Below, piece by piece: positions 44,469 through 53,864 of a stretch of 53,864 nucleotides of DNA. Each line of letters begins with the position of its first letter. Within the stretch, counting starts at the first letter, position 1. The stretch lies in assembly GCA_018970245.1 (NCBI GenBank), contig JAGWWT010000006.1, positions 1 to 53,864 on the forward strand, given 5' to 3'. Source of the stretch: Patescibacteria group bacterium (GTDB lineage: Bacteria > Patescibacteriota > Minisyncoccia > Phycocordibacterales > PALSA-1337). A model generated the notes under the pieces. The model had not been told where the DNA came from. It did not search any database and was given only the letters and a program-made list of their open reading frames with translations. Both the position numbers and the translations under genes were made by a program.

Positions 44469-44848
44469 CTCCTCCAACGCGGGATGTCAACGGGAGCCAC
44501 ATAAAGAATGTTCCCATTGTCCACGCCTAGTTTGATCGCCTTCGTGTACTTAGCTATCGCGACGACGGATTTATTGTTCTCATTCGTCGTGAATCCGACA
44601 CCTTCCAGACCACATTGCTTCGCCCATTGGGCCAAGGCCCGGATACATTCCCAGGTCTTTTTAGGGTCGGGCGCCCAAAGCCCCGTCACCCATATGACCT
44701 TTGTACCGTGGACCGGCAGCAAGCTAAACAACAAGTTAGTCCCGCCAAAAAACTCCTCCCCCTCCAGAAAACGATCTGCCAAGGTGGGGGCGACGGCGCG
44801 GATACGCTCCTCGAACACGTGTTTATCGAGTTTACGGCATTCGGTCAT
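44465..44848 (-). CDS. GNAT-like virion assembly protein (putative)
   Basis: Typical position before ejection genes; WAKQCG...GFTT. Confidence 0.5.
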   Translation of the reverse strand: MTECRKLDKHVFEERIRAVAPTLADRFLEGEEFFGGTNLLFSLLPVHGTKVIWVTGLWAPDPKKTWECIRALAQWAKQCGLEGVGFTTNENNKSVVAIAKYTKAIKLGVDNGNILYVAPVDIPRWRR

Positions 44849-45297
44849 GCTTGTACATTCTCCGGTAACTCATAAATCGTAGTAGCCGAGGTGCCGCCGG
44901 CAGGATTCACAGTGACAGTCCCGGATGACGCCAAGAATTTAAGTGTGAATGTGTGGCTCCCTGGACTCAGTACAGAACTGTAAACGATCGCCGATCCGGG
45001 AGCCACGGAAACCACGACCGCTCCATCAATTAACAGTTGAATGAAACCTGTTCCCGTCGCACTAAGGCATGACGAAAACACCACAAGGCCACCTTTACAA
45101 TTGACAGTCCAACTGTAAGGTCCGATCTGTGTCGCCGCACCAGATGTCGTTTGATATTGTGTCGAATCCGGCGCCGGCGCTTGATCCACGACGCAAAGTG
45201 GTGACGTCGCGTTAGTATTGACCGTATTTTGCAATGATTGCAAAGCCGCTTGCATGTTAGGGTCGGATGTGGAAATGGGAAAGTTGGACTGGTTCAT
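44845..45297 (-). CDS. tail-associated protein
   Basis: Short coiled coil plus beta domain, following the nozzle gene. Confidence 0.6.
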   Translation of the reverse strand: MNQSNFPISTSDPNMQAALQSLQNTVNTNATSPLCVVDQAPAPDSTQYQTTSGAATQIGPYSWTVNCKGGLVVFSSCLSATGTGFIQLLIDGAVVVSVAPGSAIVYSSVLSPGSHTFTLKFLASSGTVTVNPAGGTSATTIYELPENVQA

Positions 45298-47753
45298 AGT
45301 CTCGGCCCCAACACTTTGACATGGATCTTCATGAATCGAATGGCCACCGGTACATTGGGCTGATTATTCATCAGCACGATTTTGAAGTACTTACAATTTT
45401 TTAATTCAAGATCCTGCGCAGCCCCAGCACCTGGATTATTATGTCCGATAGGAAACCCGTCTTTAGTCATATCGAAAGTGAATGTGCGCACGGCTTTTGG
45501 TTGAAAATCAAGATACACTGCCACATTTAATGTTGGCGTAGTACCATTGATCTCTCCTTGTTTGGTCCCTCCCACACTAAGCCATTTTAATTGCTTATAA
45601 GATGCTGGATCACCAGCATGAAGCCATGGCGTTTCGTAGTAAAAATCAATTGGAATAGTCTCATCTGCCCCCGTGACATCCAACTGCCACACATTCCCTT
45701 GCCCATCCCCAGCGTATATTTGGGCTGGTGCTAATGTTAGGTCTTCAGTTAATGCGGTATAACATTGTGCAGGCTGCGCCGTAGGTCCCGGTGTATCGTG
45801 CCAGAATGTCGCCCGGATCCAATCAAAAACCAAGATGTCATCCCCAGGATTTGCTCTAGCGCACTGGAAATGCATTTGACCTTTTGTCGGGTTGATGAAA
45901 GCTTGTGCTGATCCCATCGCCGCGAAATCATATGCATTCGGTCCGGTCAACCTGGCACGTATAGATGTGTTTTGTGGAAGCAGATTGACGGTATACGCAT
46001 TAACACCCGCGATACCGGAGGCGGACAGAAAATAGATGATTCCGTTATCCGATTCTTCGATGACAAATGGTGAAATAGGACCATACCGACCATTACAAGT
46101 GTTGACTTGAAAGGGTGAGACTGAAGTGTTGCCAGTGAAATTCACAGCATAAAGACTATTGGTCTTGCCGACGTACAAGTAACCATTCCTACCCACGTAA
46201 AGTGATGTGATGACCTGCCCATCAAACACTTCAGGTACATCGATAATGGTCCCATCAAGACCACCTTGGGTTCCCCACACTTGGGGCGCACCTAATGGAC
46301 TGATGTAAATCCTGCTTGGATTAAGAGGGTCCCCGGCCATCACTAGAAATCCGAGCCACGCCACGCCGAATTGGCAACATGGTGCATCGATTTGGCCGGT
46401 AAGATAACCCGGCGCGTCGATACCCAAGGCACCTGTGGTTTGCTGCCAAGTGTTCGGATCCGGAGCGGTGAAAAAACTTACACTATTGATGCTGTTCGGC
46501 GCCGGATTATATCCGGGATACGCCGTCGCCCCATCCGCACTATCAATGTTCGTCGCTACACCTTGACTGGCTGGGACCTGGTAAAAAATTTGGTTGGGAC
46601 CACTGCCGACCTGTGTAGCTGGGGTCTGTGGGTTAAAAGGAGGGGTTAAGAACCATTGTGTCGCGGATGCGACCAGATCATTCCCAAAAATGGCCCCATC
46701 GCCGCCCTTAAAAGGTAGTTGTTGGATTTGAATACTGGATTGCCCACCTGTCGGGACATCTACTGAAAAAATACTTGTCCTTTGTCCACCACTACGGAGT
46801 GTAGTCACCGCCATTACGAGCATAGTCGTAGCATTTCCAGTGATATTAATCGAACCACCAATATTACTCGATGAAACTGCGGCAGCATTCCATGATACTC
46901 TGGTATAAGCCTGGGTGGAGTATTGCAACGGTGAAGCCAATACCATGGAAAGGATGTAATAATTAGCGGTTCCGGCGGTTCCTGATGTTGTGAATGCATT
47001 GACAACGGCAGTCTCCATGTATGTTCCGTTATCAATCCACACAGTCATTCCAATATAAACACCGGAAGCGGCTTGGTTCTGCGTGAAAACAATAGTAGGC
47101 CCGGCCCCACCCACGCCGACGTTTATTCCTTGGATTTGTATTGAAAAATAAGTCCCCTTACCAAGTTTCTGCAGATAGTAGGGAGAAACCCTGTTACCTA
47201 ATAGACCCACCTGTGCAGAGGACCCATCCCACCACACCGGTGGTACTGGTGCATAATTGGTGTTATTACCGGCGAATACGATCAATTGATTTTGGACACT
47301 AGTAAAAAAAGCATAAGTGGCATTTTGCCAATTCAAAAGAGCTAGATTGAAATTCCAAGCCCCATTCGTGTAAACTGCTAGCACAGAATTGCACACAGCC
47401 ACGAGCAACCGGTTCAAAACACCGGATGCTTGTGAGTAGACATATTTGAATAGACCGAGCACAGGTGCGGCGCCGAGATTCGCCCCGATTTGTGTTCGAC
47501 CATTCCTTTTATTGAGGTATCCGTTCCAAAAATCCACATCATGCATTTCCGGACTAGCGAATGGAGCGGCGGCAGCCACGGAGAACGATGCGGCCGGCGC
47601 GCCGGATGTAGCCAAAAGTTGTTCATCTGGTTGGGTAGGATTCCATCCTCGAGCCCCAAAATCAGCCACAAGGATATCACCTTCCGGAAACTTGGCGTCC
47701 GGTAACATATTGAGGTATTGCTGTTCACCGAAAACACCCCCAGGCACTCCCAT
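45294..47753 (-). CDS. tail nozzle/stabilisation protein (P22 gp10 or T7 gp12 analogue)
   Basis: Beta-propeller-like repeats, LNKRNG, SRIYIS; follows the adaptor; start MGVPGG with GGAGG. Confidence 0.72.
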   Translation of the reverse strand: MGVPGGVFGEQQYLNMLPDAKFPEGDILVADFGARGWNPTQPDEQLLATSGAPAASFSVAAAAPFASPEMHDVDFWNGYLNKRNGRTQIGANLGAAPVLGLFKYVYSQASGVLNRLLVAVCNSVLAVYTNGAWNFNLALLNWQNATYAFFTSVQNQLIVFAGNNTNYAPVPPVWWDGSSAQVGLLGNRVSPYYLQKLGKGTYFSIQIQGINVGVGGAGPTIVFTQNQAASGVYIGMTVWIDNGTYMETAVVNAFTTSGTAGTANYYILSMVLASPLQYSTQAYTRVSWNAAAVSSSNIGGSINITGNATTMLVMAVTTLRSGGQRTSIFSVDVPTGGQSSIQIQQLPFKGGDGAIFGNDLVASATQWFLTPPFNPQTPATQVGSGPNQIFYQVPASQGVATNIDSADGATAYPGYNPAPNSINSVSFFTAPDPNTWQQTTGALGIDAPGYLTGQIDAPCCQFGVAWLGFLVMAGDPLNPSRIYISPLGAPQVWGTQGGLDGTIIDVPEVFDGQVITSLYVGRNGYLYVGKTNSLYAVNFTGNTSVSPFQVNTCNGRYGPISPFVIEESDNGIIYFLSASGIAGVNAYTVNLLPQNTSIRARLTGPNAYDFAAMGSAQAFINPTKGQMHFQCARANPGDDILVFDWIRATFWHDTPGPTAQPAQCYTALTEDLTLAPAQIYAGDGQGNVWQLDVTGADETIPIDFYYETPWLHAGDPASYKQLKWLSVGGTKQGEINGTTPTLNVAVYLDFQPKAVRTFTFDMTKDGFPIGHNNPGAGAAQDLELKNCKYFKIVLMNNQPNVPVAIRFMKIHVKVLGPRL

Positions 47754-47754
47754 C

Positions 47755-48537
47755 TCAGCCTCCGTAGCTGAAAAGCACCCGGTTAATATCGAGGGCTGAG
47801 GTGAAAGCCCATTCATTCCGGTTGTTCCGCAAATTCGCAAGTGCCTCGGCGAATTTTTGGTTCCTCACCCACATTTCACTGTAACGACGTGATGGGAGGG
47901 TGGGTGCACCGAAAGCATCATCCCACATTTTGTATTGTGGGTCGCCTAAGTAACGGAAAGCATTGCAGATCGCCCGGCTAATGACAAGATCCTGGAACTC
48001 AGGTGGGCAATTCGGAATATCCGTCGGGTTAACGAGCACCAGAGGTCGCTTCAAGTATGGTACATGGACACTATATGCGCCGGTCCCATTCGATGGTGCA
48101 TCCGCGGCAGGGAAAAGATACACCTGGAGATTGTTGTTGCCGGAATAGGCCGCCGGAATATACGTCCACGGTTTCGTGGGGCCATAATTGGTATATTGGC
48201 CTGGGTAATTGGTGATCCACTGGTAGTATTCCGTCGCCCAAAGACGTTGCTGATAGGCCGGAATGGTCATATCTAGAATTTCAGCACAGTCATCTGGCAT
48301 TGTGTACGGTGTCTGCTGCCCGACCACAGTGTTAAAATTATAGCCGTCATAAAACCGCCACCGCCAATCCTTTTCGGTCGCGATCTGGGAGTAAGCGTCG
48401 TTGATGATCTGCTGTAGACGTGTCAAACCAGGGGAATCCTGCCCATCTTGGAGCGTGTTGGGATAGGTGATCCGTTTGACGATTTCAGAAATCTCCTGTT
48501 GCATTTGCAGGAAAGTTTTCTGGTTCGGGAGTGCCAT
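47755..48537 (-). CDS. head-tail adaptor (tail tubular protein A-like)
   Basis: TFLQMQ, IINDAY..I...WRW, Y.MP.D, LFPAAD, P.EFQDLV. Confidence 0.78.
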   Translation of the reverse strand: MALPNQKTFLQMQQEISEIVKRITYPNTLQDGQDSPGLTRLQQIINDAYSQIATEKDWRWRFYDGYNFNTVVGQQTPYTMPDDCAEILDMTIPAYQQRLWATEYYQWITNYPGQYTNYGPTKPWTYIPAAYSGNNNLQVYLFPAADAPSNGTGAYSVHVPYLKRPLVLVNPTDIPNCPPEFQDLVISRAICNAFRYLGDPQYKMWDDAFGAPTLPSRRYSEMWVRNQKFAEALANLRNNRNEWAFTSALDINRVLFSYGG

Positions 48538-50399
48538 TAGGGGGTCACCGAGGGAGTGGCCGTTGGGCTGATCGTCGCCGTCGGAGAGACCGTCCACGAT
48601 GGACTAATCGTTGGGGTCAACGTGAAAGTCATCGTTCCGGTCATAGTGGGTACCGGCGCGCATTGGTTATTCGTGATAGGTGGTAATTCCAACTGAACGC
48701 TCACGGCCGCCGGTCCATTAGTGGTGGCCTGATAAGTGTTCGCAGTGAATGTCACCGCATTACCACCTATGATGTTTCCAAACACAGAATCCGTCGATGC
48801 CCAGGTCCCATAACCATGCCAATAGCCAAGATTACCGAATCCTGGAGGCCAATTCAACAGTGATTTGGCTCCACTATACACCGACAGCACCGTTCCATTG
48901 ACATATTGCACATTCAATGTAGACGACAAAAATGCGGAGGATACAGTAGAAGCGGTCACAGTCAAGTTGTAGCCTGGAGCGTACTCCGTCCCATCAAATT
49001 GTAGAAACTGTGCCGCGACTACATTGACTGTATCGTAAGTAGGCGAAATCACGGTGATGTAAGGTGCTTCCAATGGTGTTTCCAAATAATTAGTCCAGAT
49101 TTCGAGACCTTCATGCCATTGGTTGGATGGAATCTGCAACGTGGGGTACCAAACCCCAGCCGCTGTCCACATGACATCATCAATCACTGATTGATTGTCA
49201 GTATTGTTTGTAGCCAACACAAGAACATTCGTGCAATTGAAGCAATGATTAGTCTGCGCAGTAAACTGCAACTCCGGAAGGTTAGTCGCAGTCAAAGTTT
49301 CATCTTGCACCATGTAAGGATAGCACGCCGCAGGTGGCGTATATGTTGGTGTAGGAGTTGCGGTCTGTGCTGCAGTGGGTGTAGGAGAGAACGGAGAATT
49401 GATTGTAATACTTCCATCACCAGACAACCATTCATAGATATTTGCACCAGATGCAGTGGATGTCACATAATTTCCTGTGGCGTTAAACCATCCTAGAGAT
49501 GACGAGTAAGACAAAAACACAACGCCAGAACCACCATGACCAGCATCTAATCCATTACGATCTGAATAATAGTTATAGCACCCACCACCACCACCACCAC
49601 CACGGTTATTGAATCCCCATCCAGCAGCGCATGGATTGCATCCGCACCCTGTTTTGGTGGAGTTATACGCACCATTTCCACCGCCCCCTATGCCCCCAGG
49701 AAGCGTCCCAAAACAATTCACAGCGATAGTGTTTCCTGCACCACCACCACCACCGTAATAAACAGTGGCACCACTGATATTAGAAGCGAAACCAAGACCT
49801 CCATTACCCGCATTGGTCCCACCGCCACCGTTCGCGCCACCACCACCACCACCCTCAACACTTTGAGGAACGGCTTCAAATCCATTACCTCCAGGGTTAG
49901 ATGACCCTGGGGTAGGCAATGGTGATGGACAAGTGCCGCCACCATTAGACGAAGAATAGCATGATGCTGGACAATGATACGCAGCGAAACCACCCCCACC
50001 ATTTCCTCCACATCCACCCCCCACACCATCTGTCGCACCGGCACCGCCACCATAAGCCTGATACACATCGAAAAATGAATTTTGCCCTTGTGTATTATGA
50101 ATGACACTTGCCCCAACATGCACAAGGTATGTATTTCCATTCAATAAATAGGGGTGCACATCAAGCACTTGCCCACCACCTCCACCGCCACCGGCCATAG
50201 TCCAATCTTGACCAGCTACACCCGCGCCTCCGCCTCCGCCTCCGCCCACGACAAGCACATGATATTGTGAAGTGGGTGTCAGTGTAGGGGTTTGAGTGAC
50301 ACTGTAAGTCGGGCTTACTGTAAAAGTCGGAGTATCCGTCGGCGTATTCGCCGCGGCGAACCCAGGAAGAAATGCAAAGATCAACCAAATGATTTTCAT
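48537..50399 (-). CDS. signal-peptide, Gly-rich-domain, Thr/Pro-rich protein
   Basis: MKIIWLIFAFLPGFAAA|; VLVVGGGGGGG...GGSGVV Gly-rich domain of the type seen in phage fibres; three TPT tracts; Cys-rich. Confidence 0.85.
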   Translation of the reverse strand: MKIIWLIFAFLPGFAAANTPTDTPTFTVSPTYSVTQTPTLTPTSQYHVLVVGGGGGGGAGVAGQDWTMAGGGGGGGQVLDVHPYLLNGNTYLVHVGASVIHNTQGQNSFFDVYQAYGGGAGATDGVGGGCGGNGGGGFAAYHCPASCYSSSNGGGTCPSPLPTPGSSNPGGNGFEAVPQSVEGGGGGGANGGGGTNAGNGGLGFASNISGATVYYGGGGGAGNTIAVNCFGTLPGGIGGGGNGAYNSTKTGCGCNPCAAGWGFNNRGGGGGGGCYNYYSDRNGLDAGHGGSGVVFLSYSSSLGWFNATGNYVTSTASGANIYEWLSGDGSITINSPFSPTPTAAQTATPTPTYTPPAACYPYMVQDETLTATNLPELQFTAQTNHCFNCTNVLVLATNNTDNQSVIDDVMWTAAGVWYPTLQIPSNQWHEGLEIWTNYLETPLEAPYITVISPTYDTVNVVAAQFLQFDGTEYAPGYNLTVTASTVSSAFLSSTLNVQYVNGTVLSVYSGAKSLLNWPPGFGNLGYWHGYGTWASTDSVFGNIIGGNAVTFTANTYQATTNGPAAVSVQLELPPITNNQCAPVPTMTGTMTFTLTPTISPSWTVSPTATISPTATPSVTP

Positions 50400-53050
50400 G
50401 GCCACGGCCAGTAGAGGAGGTTAGCGCCAACATTGGGCGTAGGGGTCGGCGTCAATCCGCAATCGAACAACTGCGCCATCGTGCCGGGATAGACACCCAC
50501 CCAGCAAACGCCTTCGTTAGGGTTAGCCGAATCGTTGTAGCTGTCCATGAACAGGTAGGTGTTCCCGTCGTCGGATTTCTCTCCAGGCACAAACGCTGGG
50601 TCTCCGATCTGGTTCGGCGTGACGTAGGCCGGGCTGTCCGACGGCTGGAAGGTATAAGCGTCGTCAGGAACCCAGTTCACTAGGTCGTAGGAGTACGCCT
50701 TCTTAACGTAGCTCGGGGTCGATCCGTAATGGAAGAAGGTCTCCCACCGCTGGCCGTCTTTGAATAGCGTTCGCGTGCCGCCATAGAAACCAGAACCTCC
50801 GTTGCTCAAAAAGTACGGGAGGTTAGCATACGGAGGATTGACCGGGTTGGCGGTCGTCAGGTTGTCCGTGGAGATGAACAACCAAATCGTATCCGTTGGG
50901 AACGGCCCAAAGAATGATCCATTGCCCAAGTCGGCCAAGATATACCAAGTGCTTGTCCCCGGTACATTGTAGAACGCCGCCTGCTGGATGTATTCCGAAT
51001 ATCCAGCATAGAGGCTCACGTTGACCAGGGATGCGGCGGTCACTAAAACCGTTTGACTGATGTAATGGTAGCCGTCATCCGCCGCCGAGGAAGTCCAGTA
51101 GCAATAATTGTTGGTCGTCGAATCCCTGGCGAATAGACGCCAGGAACCGTCCGGCATCTTCACCTCGGTTCCCGCATCCACGCCAGTGGACAGGCCCCCA
51201 GCGCCTCCGCCAATCAAGATCCCATGCCGCGTCACGGCCCCGGTCTTGAACGCCGCGAGGCTTGTCGCCGTAGCAAGACAATCCGTCTCGTAGGTCGGTG
51301 ACCCGCTGGGCAATCCCGCTGTGTAGATCATGTGCCAGAGCCCGTCCGCGTGCTTGGCCGGATAAACGAACGGCATCTGGACCACGCCGAGGTTTGACCC
51401 TCCTCCCGCCGTCTCGTAGGTCATTGTGGCGACCAAGACGGGCGTTTTAGCGGGAGTAACCACAGCCACGCTCGCACACGTCGCCACCGGCGTGAACAGA
51501 GGCGTCGGCGTAGGGTTGACCGTCAGGTATGGCGTGACCGAAGGCACGGGTGTAACACCGCAACCGTCAGTCGTCGCCACACCATTCACATCCTGTCCGG
51601 TCAGCACCCGGATCTGGCAGATGTACCCGGCCACCGGGTTGGAACCGAAGTAGCTCCCAATACTAGCCTTGGAAATAGTGTTCGTCGTGAAATTCACTCC
51701 GTAGCTTGCGCTGATCGTCCCATTGATAATCAAGTAGACGATCCTATTATTGAAAATCCATTTGATGTTGTTCCAAGCATTCAAATTCAGGGCGCCAAAT
51801 GAAGAACTCGGTTGTTGTACCCCAGTGCCGAAAAACACCATCTGGAGCGGGTAAGGGGAATTAAGCTGTATCCCAAAATCTCCGATAGGCTGCTGGAACA
51901 CGGCATTGATGGCACTCAGCGGAGTGGTGTCCGTCATGGCGAAAATCTTTTGGTTTCCGCTCAAAGCGGTGGGATAGTATTCCAGTTCGATTCCGAATGA
52001 CGCGGCATCAGAGATCGCCGCGCATTCCGCCGCGCTGAATTTAACGTAATCCGAGGCATCCCAACCTGACACGCAATAGGTTCCGCCATTTGGGGGAGCA
52101 GGGGAGGTCACGAAGGACAGCCCAGAACCAACCACGGTCATAGGGCCGTTCGGCCCGGCGCTGTTCCAGGAGTTTCCTCCTCCCGGAACAATGTTGGCGA
52201 CGTAGACATCCAGGCTGTTTGGGTTAATGCAAGGCGTGTTCGTGAACGTCGGGGTGATCGTAAACGTAGGCGTGATTGTTGCCGTAGGAGTATTCGTATA
52301 CGTCGATGTAGGCGGAGGACCCGCCTCAATCTCGGCGACAACCTGGATTCCGACTTGGAACCCAGTCCCGGTATAATTGCTGGTGACACTGTACGATCCA
52401 GTCGATGTAGTCGTTTCATTTCCGCCAGCCGCCGCGATGGAATCCGTAGCCTGGTTGATATTCCAGGTGTTATTCACTAAATTAGTGTCCAATGTGATCG
52501 TCGCGCCAGAGGTAGAGGACATACCTCCATTGGACTCAAGCCAAGAATTAGACACAAGCGTAGTCAATGAAGTGGTCTGATTGCCCCCGGAACCAAAAGG
52601 CGTGTTATTCGTGGCTCCAATCGGAGATGATTGATTTACGCCTCCAAGTTCTTTCACTGCACATTGTCCGCTCGACAATATGATCGTGCCGCTATTCTCA
52701 AAAGAGACCACGACATTCCCCGTTGTGCTGGATGCCGGGTTAAGGAGATACCATACAGAAGCGTCCCCATTCGTCGTTCCAGCTCCGGCGTTTCGATCAA
52801 CCGCCAAAGTAAGCGACGAACCGTTCCAAGTCACCCCGGTAACATTGTCATCATGTGTCCCGCTTCCTACGGCGGCCGCCCAAACATCGACGATAATGGC
52901 CGTCTCCGAACCTGTCCCAGTGGTAAAACTTTGTGTCAGCGTACCGCCAGCAACCCCAATCCCCTGAAAAGTCACAGGAGCCACGATGGTTGAAATGGCC
53001 GCGAAGGCGCTGGAAGAAATCGCCAGAAGAACGAACAGCAGTTTCTTCAT
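50396..53050 (-). CDS. signal-peptide multidomain protein (LamG/ConA-like plus glycoside-hydrolase-like beta-propeller)
   Basis: MKKLLFVLLAISSSAFA|; LNAWNNI..LIING..IGS..GYICQIRV; WHMIYTA, AYSYDLVNW, IGDPAF; TPT linkers. Confidence 0.82.
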   Translation of the reverse strand: MKKLLFVLLAISSSAFAAISTIVAPVTFQGIGVAGGTLTQSFTTGTGSETAIIVDVWAAAVGSGTHDDNVTGVTWNGSSLTLAVDRNAGAGTTNGDASVWYLLNPASSTTGNVVVSFENSGTIILSSGQCAVKELGGVNQSSPIGATNNTPFGSGGNQTTSLTTLVSNSWLESNGGMSSTSGATITLDTNLVNNTWNINQATDSIAAAGGNETTTSTGSYSVTSNYTGTGFQVGIQVVAEIEAGPPPTSTYTNTPTATITPTFTITPTFTNTPCINPNSLDVYVANIVPGGGNSWNSAGPNGPMTVVGSGLSFVTSPAPPNGGTYCVSGWDASDYVKFSAAECAAISDAASFGIELEYYPTALSGNQKIFAMTDTTPLSAINAVFQQPIGDFGIQLNSPYPLQMVFFGTGVQQPSSSFGALNLNAWNNIKWIFNNRIVYLIINGTISASYGVNFTTNTISKASIGSYFGSNPVAGYICQIRVLTGQDVNGVATTDGCGVTPVPSVTPYLTVNPTPTPLFTPVATCASVAVVTPAKTPVLVATMTYETAGGGSNLGVVQMPFVYPAKHADGLWHMIYTAGLPSGSPTYETDCLATATSLAAFKTGAVTRHGILIGGGAGGLSTGVDAGTEVKMPDGSWRLFARDSTTNNYCYWTSSAADDGYHYISQTVLVTAASLVNVSLYAGYSEYIQQAAFYNVPGTSTWYILADLGNGSFFGPFPTDTIWLFISTDNLTTANPVNPPYANLPYFLSNGGSGFYGGTRTLFKDGQRWETFFHYGSTPSYVKKAYSYDLVNWVPDDAYTFQPSDSPAYVTPNQIGDPAFVPGEKSDDGNTYLFMDSYNDSANPNEGVCWVGVYPGTMAQLFDCGLTPTPTPNVGANLLYWPWP

Positions 53051-53406
53051 CGCGCCGCCGGAGTGGGGGTGGCGGTCGCCGTAGGTAATGGCGTCGGTGA
53101 GGCGGTTGGTGAAGGCTTGATTTTACGATCCAAGCGTCGATATTCCCTGGACAGCACTTCAAGCGCGACCGAAGTCGCCTTAGCCTTGGTGTCGAAGTGG
53201 GCATTCACCCGCAGGCGTTGGCCGTTGTTCCAAATGATGAATCCCCATTTGGAATTCTGGAGTTTGAACACCTCAGCGTCCAGCACTCCGGCAGAGGAAG
53301 TAGTGGACGCCACGGTATTCGAGGCATTTGGCATGGGCAATCCCGAGGCCGACCCAACCGCGTGCAGTCCTGTCGAAGTCAGCAAAAACACCAAGAGTAG
53401 TTTCAT
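53047..53406 (-). CDS. small signal-peptide protein with TPTP tail
   Basis: MKLLLVFLLTSTGLHA|; C-terminal PSPTASPTPLPTATATPTP. Confidence 0.78.
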   Translation of the reverse strand: MKLLLVFLLTSTGLHAVGSASGLPMPNASNTVASTTSSAGVLDAEVFKLQNSKWGFIIWNNGQRLRVNAHFDTKAKATSVALEVLSREYRRLDRKIKPSPTASPTPLPTATATPTPAAR

Positions 53407-53413
53407 AGTAACC

Positions 53414-53864
53414 TCAGTTGTCAGTCAGCGTCACGATGACGCCTGTAGGAATATGGTCTATTCCTGTGTTCAAGACATACGGTGGACTGTAGTCCGTTAC
53501 CGAAGCCACGATCCCGTTGTTGAACGTCACTCCGTTGGGCCACCTTCCCACCGGAGCGCCGGACTGGTATCCCGCCGCCGCCGTGATCTGGTTCATGCAC
53601 AAGGTTTCCAGGCAGTTCGCCGGAGAGATAAATCCGGTAGCCACCGTATTGTAGAGCTTGACTTCGATCCCGTACACCAGGGACGGATTGAAGATGTCCA
53701 CGGAATAGATGTGCCCCGGGGACGACTTGACCAACGAAGTCACCGTAGCCGCCGAAGAACCGATGATCGGCATGAGGAACGTGTTCGTTCCAATCCCAGG
53801 GGTCGGCGCAGGGTAAGCCCCGGCAATCAGCGTCGGAGCGGCGGTAAACGTCGCCGTGGGGGTG
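53414..53864 (-). CDS. 3' part of the junction-spanning 518-aa protein
   Basis: In frame with 1189..1; C-domain VKSSPGHIYSVDIFN...GVTFNNGI. Confidence 0.88.
   Translation of the reverse strand, partial: TPTATFTAAPTLIAGAYPAPTPGIGTNTFLMPIIGSSAATVTSLVKSSPGHIYSVDIFNPSLVYGIEVKLYNTVATGFISPANCLETLCMNQITAAAGYQSGAPVGRWPNGVTFNNGIVASVTDYSPPYVLNTGIDHIPTGVIVTLTDN
53782..53864. repeat. 83-bp terminal direct repeat, right copy
   Basis: Identical to 1-83. Confidence 0.97.

Noticed and set aside
48537-53050. Diversity-generating retroelement targeting the receptor-binding candidates
   Set aside because: No reverse transcriptase and no template/variable repeat pair seen
53782-53864. 83-bp end repeat as a biological direct terminal repeat
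   Set aside because: It falls inside a CDS and is best explained as assembler overlap of a circular contig

Overview
The window is a complete, circularly permuted ~53.8 kb genome of a tailed phage with a P22/podovirus-like virion plan. Bases 1-83 repeat bases 53782-53864, and one gene reads in frame across that junction. There are two divergent arms separated by a ~1.1 kb AT-rich non-coding control region (10880-12060) and converging at a hairpin terminator (~37116-37150). The + arm (12065-37115) carries early genes, a primase-helicase, a J-domain protein, family A DNA polymerase, a PD-(D/E)XK nuclease, VRR-NUC, an SNF2 helicase, a C5 DNA methyltransferase, a DUF2829/Tad2-like protein, and a nucleotide cassette (MazG-like pyrophosphatase, dNMP kinase, Asp-type thymidylate synthase homologue, dCMP deaminase, glycosyltransferase). 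The - arm carries terminase, GroES, portal, scaffold, major capsid protein, adaptor/nozzle, ejection proteins, holin, GH108 endolysin and an initiator-like tRNA-Met. No integrase or CI-like repressor was recognised, so it is probably lytic. Most unusual: (1) six late-operon genes, in the positions of head decoration and tail-fibre genes, encode Sec-type signal peptides plus mostly Thr/Pro-rich linkers, and no signal-less tail fibre was found; (2) one ~50-aa putative DNA-binding domain occurs in four proteins, including fused to the methyltransferase; (3) a probable cytosine-modification pathway; (4) a tRNA-like ncRNA next to the Tad2-like gene. All calls come from motif recognition by eye; no searches were run.
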